Positions 8,568-17,185 of a DNA stretch of 43,098 nucleotides are shown here, piece by piece (within the stretch, counting starts at the first letter, position 1; each line of letters starts with the position of its first letter). This DNA is from a virus (lineage: Duplodnaviria; Caudoviricetes). The position numbers and the translations under genes were made by a program. The stretch is from the IMG/VR virus record IMGVR_UViG_3300034079_000007, positions 1-43,098 of that record. One strand, written 5' to 3'. Under the pieces are notes generated by a model, which was not told the origin of the DNA, did not search any database, and was given only the letters and a program-made list of their open reading frames with translations.

Positions 8568-8868
8568 AACTGAAACAGCCCAACAACCTCAGACTGCTGA
8601 ACATTCTCAACTCTTGGCACGTCTCGCCGGGCTAGAAGCAGCACTGATTGCCAATGATCCGCAGATTCGTGGGCACATGGCAGAAATTCACAAGCTGCTG
8701 ACAACTTATGAGGAACTTGTGCATCTGCTTTCCGATGAAGAGATTGGCAAGATCATGGCGGCGCAGCAAAAGCTAACTAATACATCACTGGTAGCAACAA
8801 TCGCCTCCAAGAAATCGTCAACAGCCACAGCTAAGAAAGCTGCTGGCATTGGCATGGGAGATTTGTAA
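8560..8868 (+). CDS. Hypothetical helical protein (102 aa, MSETETAQQ...)
   Basis: GGGGA RBS before ATG 8560. Confidence 0.75.
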   Translation: MSETETAQQPQTAEHSQLLARLAGLEAALIANDPQIRGHMAEIHKLLTTYEELVHLLSDEEIGKIMAAQQKLTNTSLVATIASKKSSTATAKKAAGIGMGDL

Positions 8869-8873
8869 TTGTC

Positions 8874-9443
8874 ATGTTCTTCTCCTCAACTCTCCAGTAC
8901 GCAACTCCATATGCAGCAGCAATGCGAGAACGTTGCTTGCGATTGCCTTGGGACTACAAGTTCGAGGGATATGCAATTAACTGGTCAAGAGCAGAACAAG
9001 TGTGCTACACTTTTCTTAAAGCGGTTAAACAATATCCTAGCCCATACAGCACAGAGTTGGGGTATTGCAAGCCGTTACTGCATCTCTGCTTCTTCTGCAA
9101 AGCAACAACTGAAGAGCAAGGATTGCAGTTTGATTGTGACTGCTGCATAGAACAGGTCTCAAGACTTTGCACAAAAGACAGTTGGGATTATTTCCATGAA
9201 TACCAGAAAGCCTTAGAATTTGCGAGTAGAAAATGGCTACAAATGACACCCCAAATGCTACAAGAGAAGCAATCTTCAACAGATTGGATGAACTCTTTTC
9301 TGGCTCCACCGACAGTGGCACCAATTACACCATTGATCCAGACACCTTTGAGCAGGGTAGATCGGATCAAGCTACTGGTGAACAACTCACAGCAGCTAAA
9401 GCAATCTCTGCAAACACCAGTGACAAAGGATATCGGAAACTGA
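8874..9443 (+). CDS. Cys-rich hypothetical protein (189 aa)
   Basis: GGGAG RBS; CxxC and CDCC clusters. The 3' end overlaps the nuclease ORF. Confidence 0.6.
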   Translation: MFFSSTLQYATPYAAAMRERCLRLPWDYKFEGYAINWSRAEQVCYTFLKAVKQYPSPYSTELGYCKPLLHLCFFCKATTEEQGLQFDCDCCIEQVSRLCTKDSWDYFHEYQKALEFASRKWLQMTPQMLQEKQSSTDWMNSFLAPPTVAPITPLIQTPLSRVDRIKLLVNNSQQLKQSLQTPVTKDIGN

Positions 9444-10408
9444 TTGCCCACGGTAATGTTACAAGCTATTCCAAGTTGCAACTATTGCATACTTGCCCAA
9501 GATTATTCCAGCTTGAAATGCTCAAGCAGAATAATGAACTTGGAGTTGTAAAGCTGGCAGAACCGCAAATGAATATTGACTTTGCCTTTGGTCACGCTGT
9601 AGGTGCTGGCATTCAGACACTTGCTGCTACCAATAGTCTCCAAGCCGGTCAGTTTGCTGCATTCCTTGCATGGAAAGCAGACTATAACGCTGATAAGAAA
9701 GATCGCTGGGAGAAAAGTGTTGGTAAGAATCTTGATCTTGCGATCTATGCGGTTGAAAAATTCTGGCAGTTTTGGAACACAGACCTGTCAGATTGGGAAG
9801 TGGCAATTCTGCCAAATGGTAAACCGGCGGTTGAACTAGCTTTTGGAGTGGACACACAAAATGGATACTATCATTTTGGTCATATTGATACCGTTCTTCG
9901 TAGCAAATCTACTGGTCGTCTTGCTGTATGGGAAGGCAAGACAACAGGGGTTGAGACAGTACAAGAGGCAACATACGCCAATAGCTATCAGGCTCTTGGA
10001 TACAGCGTTGTTATTGACGCTGTTGCTACAATCTTGGGGCTTAATTCTCCTGATTACGAAGTACTCTATGTAGTCTATAGTAGTAAGACTCGTGAGTTTC
10101 AGTTGCTCCCATTCACAAAAAGTAGAACTCAGAGGGCTGAATGGCTGCAAGATCTACTGCTGTCTCATGCAATGATTGACAAGTATCATGAATTGCAATT
10201 TTTTCCAAAGCGCGGGGATGCTTGCATTAATCAATATGGAAGAACATGCGCTTGGTTTGGTCAGTGTCACATGAGAACTGAATCACTGTTTCCTGGGCTG
10301 GTTCCAGTAAAACTTGAAAAGGTTGAGCACCTTGAAAGTTTGGATTTCATGTTCACTCTTGATGATCTTGTCACAGCTCAAAAACAACTTTCAACTTCTG
10401 GAAATTAA
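9233..10408 (+). CDS. PD-(D/E)XK (Cas4/RecB-like) exonuclease
   Basis: SYSKLQLLHTCPR N-terminal Cys, FGHAV, VELAF, GHIDTV, VWEGKTT, QALGY and C-terminal C..C..C cluster. The start is uncertain. Confidence 0.85.
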   Translation: MATNDTPNATREAIFNRLDELFSGSTDSGTNYTIDPDTFEQGRSDQATGEQLTAAKAISANTSDKGYRKLIAHGNVTSYSKLQLLHTCPRLFQLEMLKQNNELGVVKLAEPQMNIDFAFGHAVGAGIQTLAATNSLQAGQFAAFLAWKADYNADKKDRWEKSVGKNLDLAIYAVEKFWQFWNTDLSDWEVAILPNGKPAVELAFGVDTQNGYYHFGHIDTVLRSKSTGRLAVWEGKTTGVETVQEATYANSYQALGYSVVIDAVATILGLNSPDYEVLYVVYSSKTREFQLLPFTKSRTQRAEWLQDLLLSHAMIDKYHELQFFPKRGDACINQYGRTCAWFGQCHMRTESLFPGLVPVKLEKVEHLESLDFMFTLDDLVTAQKQLSTSGN

Positions 10409-10410
10409 TC

Positions 10411-10632
10411 ATGGGCACTCCAACCAAAGCAACAGAGTATCAGCGCGGATTTCGCAATGGCGAAGCAGCAACCTATAACAGATTACAAGAGTCTGTAGAA
10501 GAAACAAAGAAGCAACACATGAAAGCAAAGACAGAACTGATGACGGCCGCTGCACAGCTCGCACAGGCTAATGCAAAACTCACCTATGCATTGGCTCTGA
10601 TTGCTACTGACAAGAAACCATTTGGAGGTTAA
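10411..10632 (+). CDS. Hypothetical coiled-coil protein (73 aa)
   Basis: GGA RBS and atcATG. Confidence 0.7.
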   Translation: MGTPTKATEYQRGFRNGEAATYNRLQESVEETKKQHMKAKTELMTAAAQLAQANAKLTYALALIATDKKPFGG

Positions 10633-10634
10633 TC

Positions 10635-10850
10635 GTGGAAGTCCTCAATTTAACAGCAGCTGAAGTCTACGAACTTGCTATCGCAGCAGGGGCTAAACCC
10701 ATACAACTAGACGCACTCATAAAAGCACGACACATCGCAAAAGTAAACTATAAACGCTGTATTTTGGAGACGCTGCAGGCGTTTAAGGTAGAGTGCAACG
10801 AATATACAACTAAGAAAGTTGACAAACTTATGGAAAGCTCCATCAAATGA
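10635..10850 (+). CDS. Hypothetical protein (71 aa)
   Basis: GGAGG RBS, GTG start, ATGA coupling to the next gene. Confidence 0.7.
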   Translation: MEVLNLTAAEVYELAIAAGAKPIQLDALIKARHIAKVNYKRCILETLQAFKVECNEYTTKKVDKLMESSIK

Positions 10851-11647
10851 AACTCACAGACTATGCGCCTTCTGCCGCCCGCAAGATTCTTGTTTATGGT
10901 CCGCCAAAGTCTGGCAAGACCGATCTTGTAGGTCAACTTGCTGAGATCAAGAAACTCTGGTGGTTTGATCTTGAGGATGGCATCAAGACACTGCTATCCT
11001 CGCCTCGCATGAAGAAAGAATGGTTTGCCAATATCGAACTGATCAAGATTCCAGACACTCAGACATTTCCTGTTGCTATTGAGACCATGCTAAAGGTCAT
11101 CAAGGGCGGTGTCAAAAAGATTTGCACAATTCATGGAGTTGTTGACTGCCCACGTTGCAAACAACAATCAGGAGATGCAGCTTTTTGTAGTATTGACGTT
11201 GGAGCATTTACAAACAATGATGTGCTTGTCATTGATTCGGGTAGCCAACTCGCGCAATCTGCGATGAATCACATCCAACGAGATATCATTGCCAAAGACA
11301 ACTATGATGCCAAGCCTGACTGGGATGATTATGCCAAGCAGGGACGCATCATGGATCGTATCTTCTCAATCATGCAACAGGCACCATTCAACGTAGTAAT
11401 CATTAGTCATGAACTGCTTGTTGAGATGGAAGATGGCAAAAAGAAACTGGTGCCGATTGGTGGCACAAGCCAGTTTTCAAAAACATTTGCAAAATATTTT
11501 GACGATGTTGTCTACTGTGATATTGTCAACAAGAAACACAAAGCTGTTAGCAGTACAACATACAGTGGCAGTATTGTGTCCGGCTCCAGAACCGGCAAGG
11601 AACTGGAGAAACTTGAATCACCCTCTCTTAAGGAACTTTTCAAATGA
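10847..11647 (+). CDS. AAA_24/Sak4-like P-loop ATPase (single-strand annealing) with a Cys/His insert
   Basis: Walker A GPPKSGKT, FDLEDG, Walker B VLVIDS, IISHE, YFDDVVY and insert CTIHGVVDCPRC. It lies between a Cas4-like nuclease and an SSB. Confidence 0.8.
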   Translation: MKLTDYAPSAARKILVYGPPKSGKTDLVGQLAEIKKLWWFDLEDGIKTLLSSPRMKKEWFANIELIKIPDTQTFPVAIETMLKVIKGGVKKICTIHGVVDCPRCKQQSGDAAFCSIDVGAFTNNDVLVIDSGSQLAQSAMNHIQRDIIAKDNYDAKPDWDDYAKQGRIMDRIFSIMQQAPFNVVIISHELLVEMEDGKKKLVPIGGTSQFSKTFAKYFDDVVYCDIVNKKHKAVSSTTYSGSIVSGSRTGKELEKLESPSLKELFK

Positions 11648-12096
11648 CTACTAAAGTTACAAAATCAACGGCTAAAGTGCAACGCAAGTTCGACAACTTA
11701 GCTAACTCCCGTACTCCAAACGCTGCTACACAAGCAGCCATGTTGGAGGCACGAAGCTACAAGGGATTAAAATCCCCCAGCTTTCTGGAGACAGCAGAGG
11801 CTCTGATTACTGGCAACCGCCAGCAGGAGTATGGAGCGACACTGCAAAATTTCTCGCAAATTGCAATGCTTTGGCAAGGAACACTTGCAACAAAACTTCA
11901 AGCAGACGTGGCAATTACTCCTGAGGATGTTGCACTTTGCATGATGCAGGTGAAAATTGCGCGATTGGCAAAGAGTCCAGATCATGCAGATTCCATCTTG
12001 GATGTAGCTGGCTACGCTGGTTGTTACAATAAGCTGCAAACAGAGCGGGAACAATCAATGCCGCTGGCTGGCGCCATTGTTGACCCGAGAGCCTAA
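11644..12096 (+). CDS. DUF6378-like protein
   Basis: Pattern AEALITGNRQQEYG...NFSQIA.LW...PEDVALCM..VKIAR......HADS.LD.AGY. Confidence 0.75.
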   Translation: MTTKVTKSTAKVQRKFDNLANSRTPNAATQAAMLEARSYKGLKSPSFLETAEALITGNRQQEYGATLQNFSQIAMLWQGTLATKLQADVAITPEDVALCMMQVKIARLAKSPDHADSILDVAGYAGCYNKLQTEREQSMPLAGAIVDPRA

Positions 12097-12166
12097 ACCT
12101 CTGCAAAAGAACCCAACAATCTGAAAACCCTGTTCATCAACTTCACACCTTTAAATAGGATACATC

Positions 12167-12613
12167 ATGTCTGATATCAAAACCATTGCAAACCTTGACG
12201 ATCTGTTTACTGCAAATCTCGATGATCTCGCTGATCTGGCTTCCTTTGAAACACCTCCTCCTGGAGCTTACATCCTGCGTGTGAGTATGGAACCCAAGGA
12301 GATCAACAAGAAGTCTGCCATCGAAGCTGCTTTTGAAGTGGTCGAAACTGTGGAACTCACGGATGACAATGACAAGCCTGTTGTCAACGGCACGAAGTTT
12401 TCAATTGCATTCTTCCTGGACAACGAGTTCGGGGTTGGCAACATGAAGAAATTCTTGCAGCCGTTTGCCCAACACTTTGGCCACGGCAGTATCGGCCAGC
12501 TGATCAGGGAAGATATCAAGGATCTCACTATCTCTGCGGTAGTCAAAAACCGCAAAGACAAGAATGACCCTGACCGCGTGCACGCCAGTGTTAGCAATAT
12601 CTCTGTGGCGTAA
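12167..12613 (+). CDS. Putative single-stranded DNA-binding protein (DUF669-like OB fold)
   Basis: Acidic N-terminus, PPGAY motif, beta-rich pattern, position between the Sak4-like ATPase and polA. Confidence 0.65.
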   Translation: MSDIKTIANLDDLFTANLDDLADLASFETPPPGAYILRVSMEPKEINKKSAIEAAFEVVETVELTDDNDKPVVNGTKFSIAFFLDNEFGVGNMKKFLQPFAQHFGHGSIGQLIREDIKDLTISAVVKNRKDKNDPDRVHASVSNISVA

Positions 12614-12634
12614 GCTGCAAGATTGACTCTTTTT

Positions 12635-12661
12635 CCGAGGTTGGAGCATAACTAATCTCGG
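12635..12661 (+). terminator. Stem-loop between SSB and polA (weak terminator or processing site)
   Basis: CCGAGGTTGG/CTAATCTCGG forms a 10-bp stem with G-U pairs, followed by a broken T-rich tail. Confidence 0.45.
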
Positions 12662-12707
12662 GCTTATAGTTTTACCTACTAGCAGTTAATTATCAGCAGT
12701 TAAAACT

Positions 12708-14987
12708 ATGAGAACGATACTACACATTGGCACTCCTGAGGACGAACCTTACCAGGCACGCCTACAAACACTGACAGCTGGACAACAAGTTGCGTGGAAA
12801 TCCATGCTTCGTACCCCAACTACAATTGCTGAAATTGAAGATGCCATCGCTGCTAGCAAGGCAGACGTTATTGGCATTATCTGTACAAATCAAGCATTCA
12901 TGGAGCGTGTGCTTCGCGCTCAGGCAGACTTTACACCTCCAAATAATCGCAGGGGATTGACACTCGATGACTATCAAGGTTCGTGGATGACAACACCGCG
13001 CCGCGGCATTCCAGTAGTTGTGCTCAATCCTCTTGAGAATCTGGTAACTGTTCCATACGCAACAGAAGCAGCAAGGCGCTTTGTTAGTAAACTAACTCAG
13101 CCACAGAAATTCTTTGTTCCCACAAAATTCACCTGGGAAGTTGCAACTCCAGCAACACTTCCTGAAATCCACAGTCGTTGGCTTGAGCATGCTACCATTA
13201 TTTCCGTTGACATTGAAACGCCAGTTCCGAATCCTCTTCGCACTATTAACTGTGTGGGGTACGCTGCTTACTTTTCTGATACTCATACCACTGAGTGCAT
13301 TGTTATTCCTTTTGCTGATCCGTTTCATTTAGAGTGGATCAGGAAATTTAACAAACTCCCACAACCAAAGGTGTTTCAAAATGGCTTATACGACAATGTT
13401 TACTTCATGCGTTTTGGCTGTCCTGTATACAACTGGCTTTATGACACTCAGCATTTGTTTCATGCTATGTATTCTGAGTATCCGAAGCGTCTTGATTTTA
13501 TCACGGCATATGCTCTACGTAAGATCCGTTACTGGAAAGATGACGGAAAGTCTGGAAATATTACGGATTACTATCGTTACAATGCTATGGACTGCTGGTC
13601 TACTCTTAATAGCTTTCTTGCTCTTGTGCTACTCAGTGAGCCTTATGCCATTAGAAACTATCTCAAAGAATTCCCACTTGTCTATCCTTGCTTGCACGCT
13701 GAACTGGAAGGTTTGCGTATAGATCAACAAAGACTGGTTGAAGTGAAACTGCTCAAGGAAAAAGAAGTAGAAGATAAGAGCAAGAGCTTTGAGATAATGA
13801 TTGCTAGCAAAGGATTTAATGTTAACAGTCCTAAGCAGGTGATGGCACTGTTTAAAGTTTTGGGCGTTGGCAGCCTTACAAGCACTGACAAAGCTAACAT
13901 GCTTAAAGCACAAGCGGCGCATCCTTTGAATAACCGCGTGCTTGAAGAACTTGTTGAGATTAGACAGGCTCGAAAACTATTGAGTACCTATTTTGTCGAG
14001 GAGAAATTCTGGAATGGCCGTCTCTGTTACAAGCTTAATCCTGCTGGAACTGACACCGGCAGACTTGCAAGTTCTGAGTCCTCATTTTGGTGTGGACTAC
14101 AAATACAAAACATCCCGAGAGGTGATTCAGTTAAGCAGTGCATCATTAGTGATTCCGGCTGGCTGCTCGCTGAGATCGACAAAGCTCAGTCAGAAGCACG
14201 CTGTGTTGCATATATGTCAGGAGAAGAAAAGCTCATTCAACTTGTGGAAAGTGGCCACGATTATCATAGCTGGAATGCTTCTGCTTTCTTTGGCATTCCA
14301 TATGAGTTAATCTACGATGAAGCCAAGGGCAAGACTCTTGACAAGACATTGCGCGACCTAGCAAAACGTACTAACCATGGTGCCAACTATAACATGGGCG
14401 ACACCGTGATGCTGGCAACGATGGGGCCAAAGGCAGTTGCAAAGGCTAAGATCACCTTGAAACTTCCTAGTTACTTCTCACTCAAGAAGGTCTGTGCGCA
14501 TCTTCTAGGTGTTTATGAAAAGACATACCCAAAAGTAAAAGGTTTGTTTTACGACTCAATCATCAAGGAGATTGAACTTACTGGAAGGCTTACCTCACCG
14601 CGCGGTTGGACTCGTATCTTTTTCCGCAAACCTAGTCGCACTAATAAGCCGGCTCTGAATGCAGCAGTAGCGCATGGTCCGCAGAATCTCTCAGTTGACA
14701 TTATCAACGAAGAATTTTACAATGTCTGGAGAGCTTCAGTTTATGACTCCTATTATAAAAACGGGAAATTTGTAAGCTGCCAGCTTCGAGACAAGATTAG
14801 AATAAAAGCTCAGATTCACGACAGTATCCTGTTCCAATACCGCGTGGAATTTCCAGACGCTCCAAAGTTGGTGTATGGGATAATGGATACTACAGTTGTT
14901 ATTCGCGGTGCAGATGGCGTTACCAGGACAATGTTTATTCCTTGCGATATTTCAGCTGGTAAAGAACGTTGGTCAGAACTAAAATGA
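12708..14987 (+). CDS. polA: Family A DNA polymerase with 3'-5' exonuclease and a degenerate N-terminal UDG-like domain
   Basis: Exo I VDIET, Exo II QNGLYD, Exo III YNAMD; TGRLAS, QNIP, motif A DKAQSEAR, motif B RDLAKRTNHGANY, motif C QIHDS. Confidence 0.95.
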   Translation: MRTILHIGTPEDEPYQARLQTLTAGQQVAWKSMLRTPTTIAEIEDAIAASKADVIGIICTNQAFMERVLRAQADFTPPNNRRGLTLDDYQGSWMTTPRRGIPVVVLNPLENLVTVPYATEAARRFVSKLTQPQKFFVPTKFTWEVATPATLPEIHSRWLEHATIISVDIETPVPNPLRTINCVGYAAYFSDTHTTECIVIPFADPFHLEWIRKFNKLPQPKVFQNGLYDNVYFMRFGCPVYNWLYDTQHLFHAMYSEYPKRLDFITAYALRKIRYWKDDGKSGNITDYYRYNAMDCWSTLNSFLALVLLSEPYAIRNYLKEFPLVYPCLHAELEGLRIDQQRLVEVKLLKEKEVEDKSKSFEIMIASKGFNVNSPKQVMALFKVLGVGSLTSTDKANMLKAQAAHPLNNRVLEELVEIRQARKLLSTYFVEEKFWNGRLCYKLNPAGTDTGRLASSESSFWCGLQIQNIPRGDSVKQCIISDSGWLLAEIDKAQSEARCVAYMSGEEKLIQLVESGHDYHSWNASAFFGIPYELIYDEAKGKTLDKTLRDLAKRTNHGANYNMGDTVMLATMGPKAVAKAKITLKLPSYFSLKKVCAHLLGVYEKTYPKVKGLFYDSIIKEIELTGRLTSPRGWTRIFFRKPSRTNKPALNAAVAHGPQNLSVDIINEEFYNVWRASVYDSYYKNGKFVSCQLRDKIRIKAQIHDSILFQYRVEFPDAPKLVYGIMDTTVVIRGADGVTRTMFIPCDISAGKERWSELK

Positions 14988-15006
14988 TACCCTTACTAGG
15001 ACTACC

Positions 15007-16356
15007 ATGCAGCAGCATTCTGCTACCCATCTATTTGACCTCTACTTTGAGTATGTCAAGGATACTGAATCCCCTATCATCTTTCATCGCTGGAGTCTTA
15101 TAGCATGCGTTGGTGCATTTCTAGGTAGAAGTTTTTATCTACCGCATGGAACAAATAGAATATTTCCAAATAGCTACATCATGCTGATTGGAAACCCAGG
15201 CACTCGCAAAAGCAGTGCCATCAAGCTCTGCAAGAAAATATTATCCGGCGCTGGCTACGATAAATTCTCCGCAGAAAAGACCACCAAAGAGAAATTCCTT
15301 CTTGACCTTGAAGGGCTCCCTGAAAATTATGGAGAATTGTATGCTGCTGGAACCAACAGATTTAACGGAAGAAGAAGTACGGCAAATGAAAGTATTTCAG
15401 CTGCAGACGTGCTTAGGAATCTTAACATTGCCACCGATGAAGAGATTCATGACGGCAGTCCTAAGGAAGTCTTTATTGCTGCTGACGAATTTAACACATT
15501 CGCAGGAAGCGGAAATCTTGATTTTTTCGCACTCCTCGGCAGTCTCTGGGATTGGGACGATGAGACTGCTTGTTACAAGCATAGACTCAAAAACAGCAAA
15601 AGTCTTGCCATATATCAACCAACTATATCCATCCTTGGAGGAAATACGCATACTGGATTGCAAGACGGGTTTCCACTTCAGACCATCGGACAAGGATTCA
15701 TGTCTCGCCTGTTACTCATTCATGGTGAACCAAGTGGAAGAAAGATTGCATTTCCTACAGAACCTCCAGAGTCACTCAGAGAAGCTATCACTGGATTTTT
15801 TGGACAGATTAAAGAGCGAGTCAAAGGGGAAGCAACAATAAGTCCGCAGGCGCGTGGCATGCTGCAAACAATCTATATCACGCAACCAGAGTTTGAAGAT
15901 TACAGGTTGAAGCATTATTCGACGCGTCGTTTTACGCATCTGTTGAAACTGGTGCTCGTAGTAGCTGCGATGAGATTAAGCACGAAGATTGAAGCAGAGG
16001 ATGTGCTACTTGCCAATACTATTCTTGCGCATACTGAGAATCTAATGCCAAAAGCATTGGGAGAATTTGGCAGAAGCAAGAATTCTGAGGCTACCCAAAA
16101 TGTGATGAACGCACTCTATGAGGCTAAAGAACCCATGGCATTTGAAGCTCTGTGGAAAGTGGTGCGTAGAGATATCGAGAAGCGGGAACAGCTATCTGAT
16201 ATCTTGCAAGGATTAATGCAAGCAGATAAGATTCAAGCACCTGATGTTAAGAATCATGGGAAGCGGGCGGGATTTCTGCCCAAACAGCGGCCAATAAACA
16301 CCAAAGCGGTGTACGTTGATTTTAAACTTTTACCTGAAGGAAAGGGGCTAGTATGA
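15007..16356 (+). CDS. DUF3987/YfjI-type AAA+ putative replicative helicase with C-terminal winged-helix-like region; no primase domain
   Basis: Walker A GNPGTRKS, Walker B AADEF, ISILGG, GFMSR (putative Arg finger), RRFTHLLKL; located directly after polA. Confidence 0.8.
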   Translation: MQQHSATHLFDLYFEYVKDTESPIIFHRWSLIACVGAFLGRSFYLPHGTNRIFPNSYIMLIGNPGTRKSSAIKLCKKILSGAGYDKFSAEKTTKEKFLLDLEGLPENYGELYAAGTNRFNGRRSTANESISAADVLRNLNIATDEEIHDGSPKEVFIAADEFNTFAGSGNLDFFALLGSLWDWDDETACYKHRLKNSKSLAIYQPTISILGGNTHTGLQDGFPLQTIGQGFMSRLLLIHGEPSGRKIAFPTEPPESLREAITGFFGQIKERVKGEATISPQARGMLQTIYITQPEFEDYRLKHYSTRRFTHLLKLVLVVAAMRLSTKIEAEDVLLANTILAHTENLMPKALGEFGRSKNSEATQNVMNALYEAKEPMAFEALWKVVRRDIEKREQLSDILQGLMQADKIQAPDVKNHGKRAGFLPKQRPINTKAVYVDFKLLPEGKGLV

Positions 16357-16955
16357 CTACGCAAACTGATCTGCTGAAACAGGCGCTTGATGCGCTGAAA
16401 GACATTCACCATAAGTCTAATGCGCTTGACCCAACTAATTACATAATTGACGATAGGGATGGCTGCATTGATGCGATATTTGCAGCGTCTTGTAATGCAA
16501 TCAAAGCCATTGAAGCCGCCCAAGCGCAACCGCCCAATCAGGGTGATACTCATCATTGGCCACAACAAGGTGACACGACTTGGCCGGCGCAGCCAGTGGG
16601 TGTGCCTACTGGGCAGGTCAGAATTGATAAGCTGCTCGATCTGGTGCATGTGATGCGCACAGAGCTTGTCAAAAACAACATTGAGCTTGAAGACGGCCTC
16701 AAAGACCGTGTGGCACTTGCAATGCAGGTTGAAGACCTCAGGAAAGAGCTTGGAAATCTGCCAGAGGCCCAAGCGGAGATGCTGTCCACGATCAAAGAAC
16801 TCCGCAACAAGATCAAGGAGATGGAAGAGCCAGACTGCCGTACTTGCAAGAACTACTTGGATTGTAGTGAGTCGTATAACTGGAGCATGAATTGTATCAA
16901 CTTTTCCCAATACAAGCGAGTCGCTTACACTCCTCTTTGTGAGATTACATCATGA
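16353..16955 (+). CDS. Mosaic hypothetical protein (200 aa) with coiled coil and C-terminal CxxC cluster
   Basis: ATGA coupling; LLKQALDAL N-terminus; DCRTCKNY..C..C. Confidence 0.7.
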   Translation: MTTQTDLLKQALDALKDIHHKSNALDPTNYIIDDRDGCIDAIFAASCNAIKAIEAAQAQPPNQGDTHHWPQQGDTTWPAQPVGVPTGQVRIDKLLDLVHVMRTELVKNNIELEDGLKDRVALAMQVEDLRKELGNLPEAQAEMLSTIKELRNKIKEMEEPDCRTCKNYLDCSESYNWSMNCINFSQYKRVAYTPLCEITS

Positions 16956-17185
16956 TTGCTACTCGTGAGCAAATACTAAAAGCCCAACATATCACAAACG
17001 TTCAGCGGGGTGATATAACCAAAGCGTACACCATTAGTGGACCTCTAGGAGTGGCAGACTGGCTTCAAGCATTTGCAGCAAATTTGCGAGAAGAACAACA
17101 CAAACAGCTAGAGCAGCAAAAACTGGTACTAAAACAGGCAGCAGAACTGGCTAATCAACAGGTCGCTCTTCCCACTCAAACTTAA
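16952..17185 (+). CDS. Hypothetical protein (77 aa), last gene of the + block
   Basis: ATGA coupling. Overlaps the convergent gene by 35 nt. Confidence 0.6.
   Translation: MIATREQILKAQHITNVQRGDITKAYTISGPLGVADWLQAFAANLREEQHKQLEQQKLVLKQAAELANQQVALPTQT

Noticed and set aside
9233-10408. CRISPR-Cas system suggested by the Cas4-like nuclease
   Set aside because: No repeat-spacer array or other cas genes. Solo Cas4-like nucleases are common in phage recombination modules.
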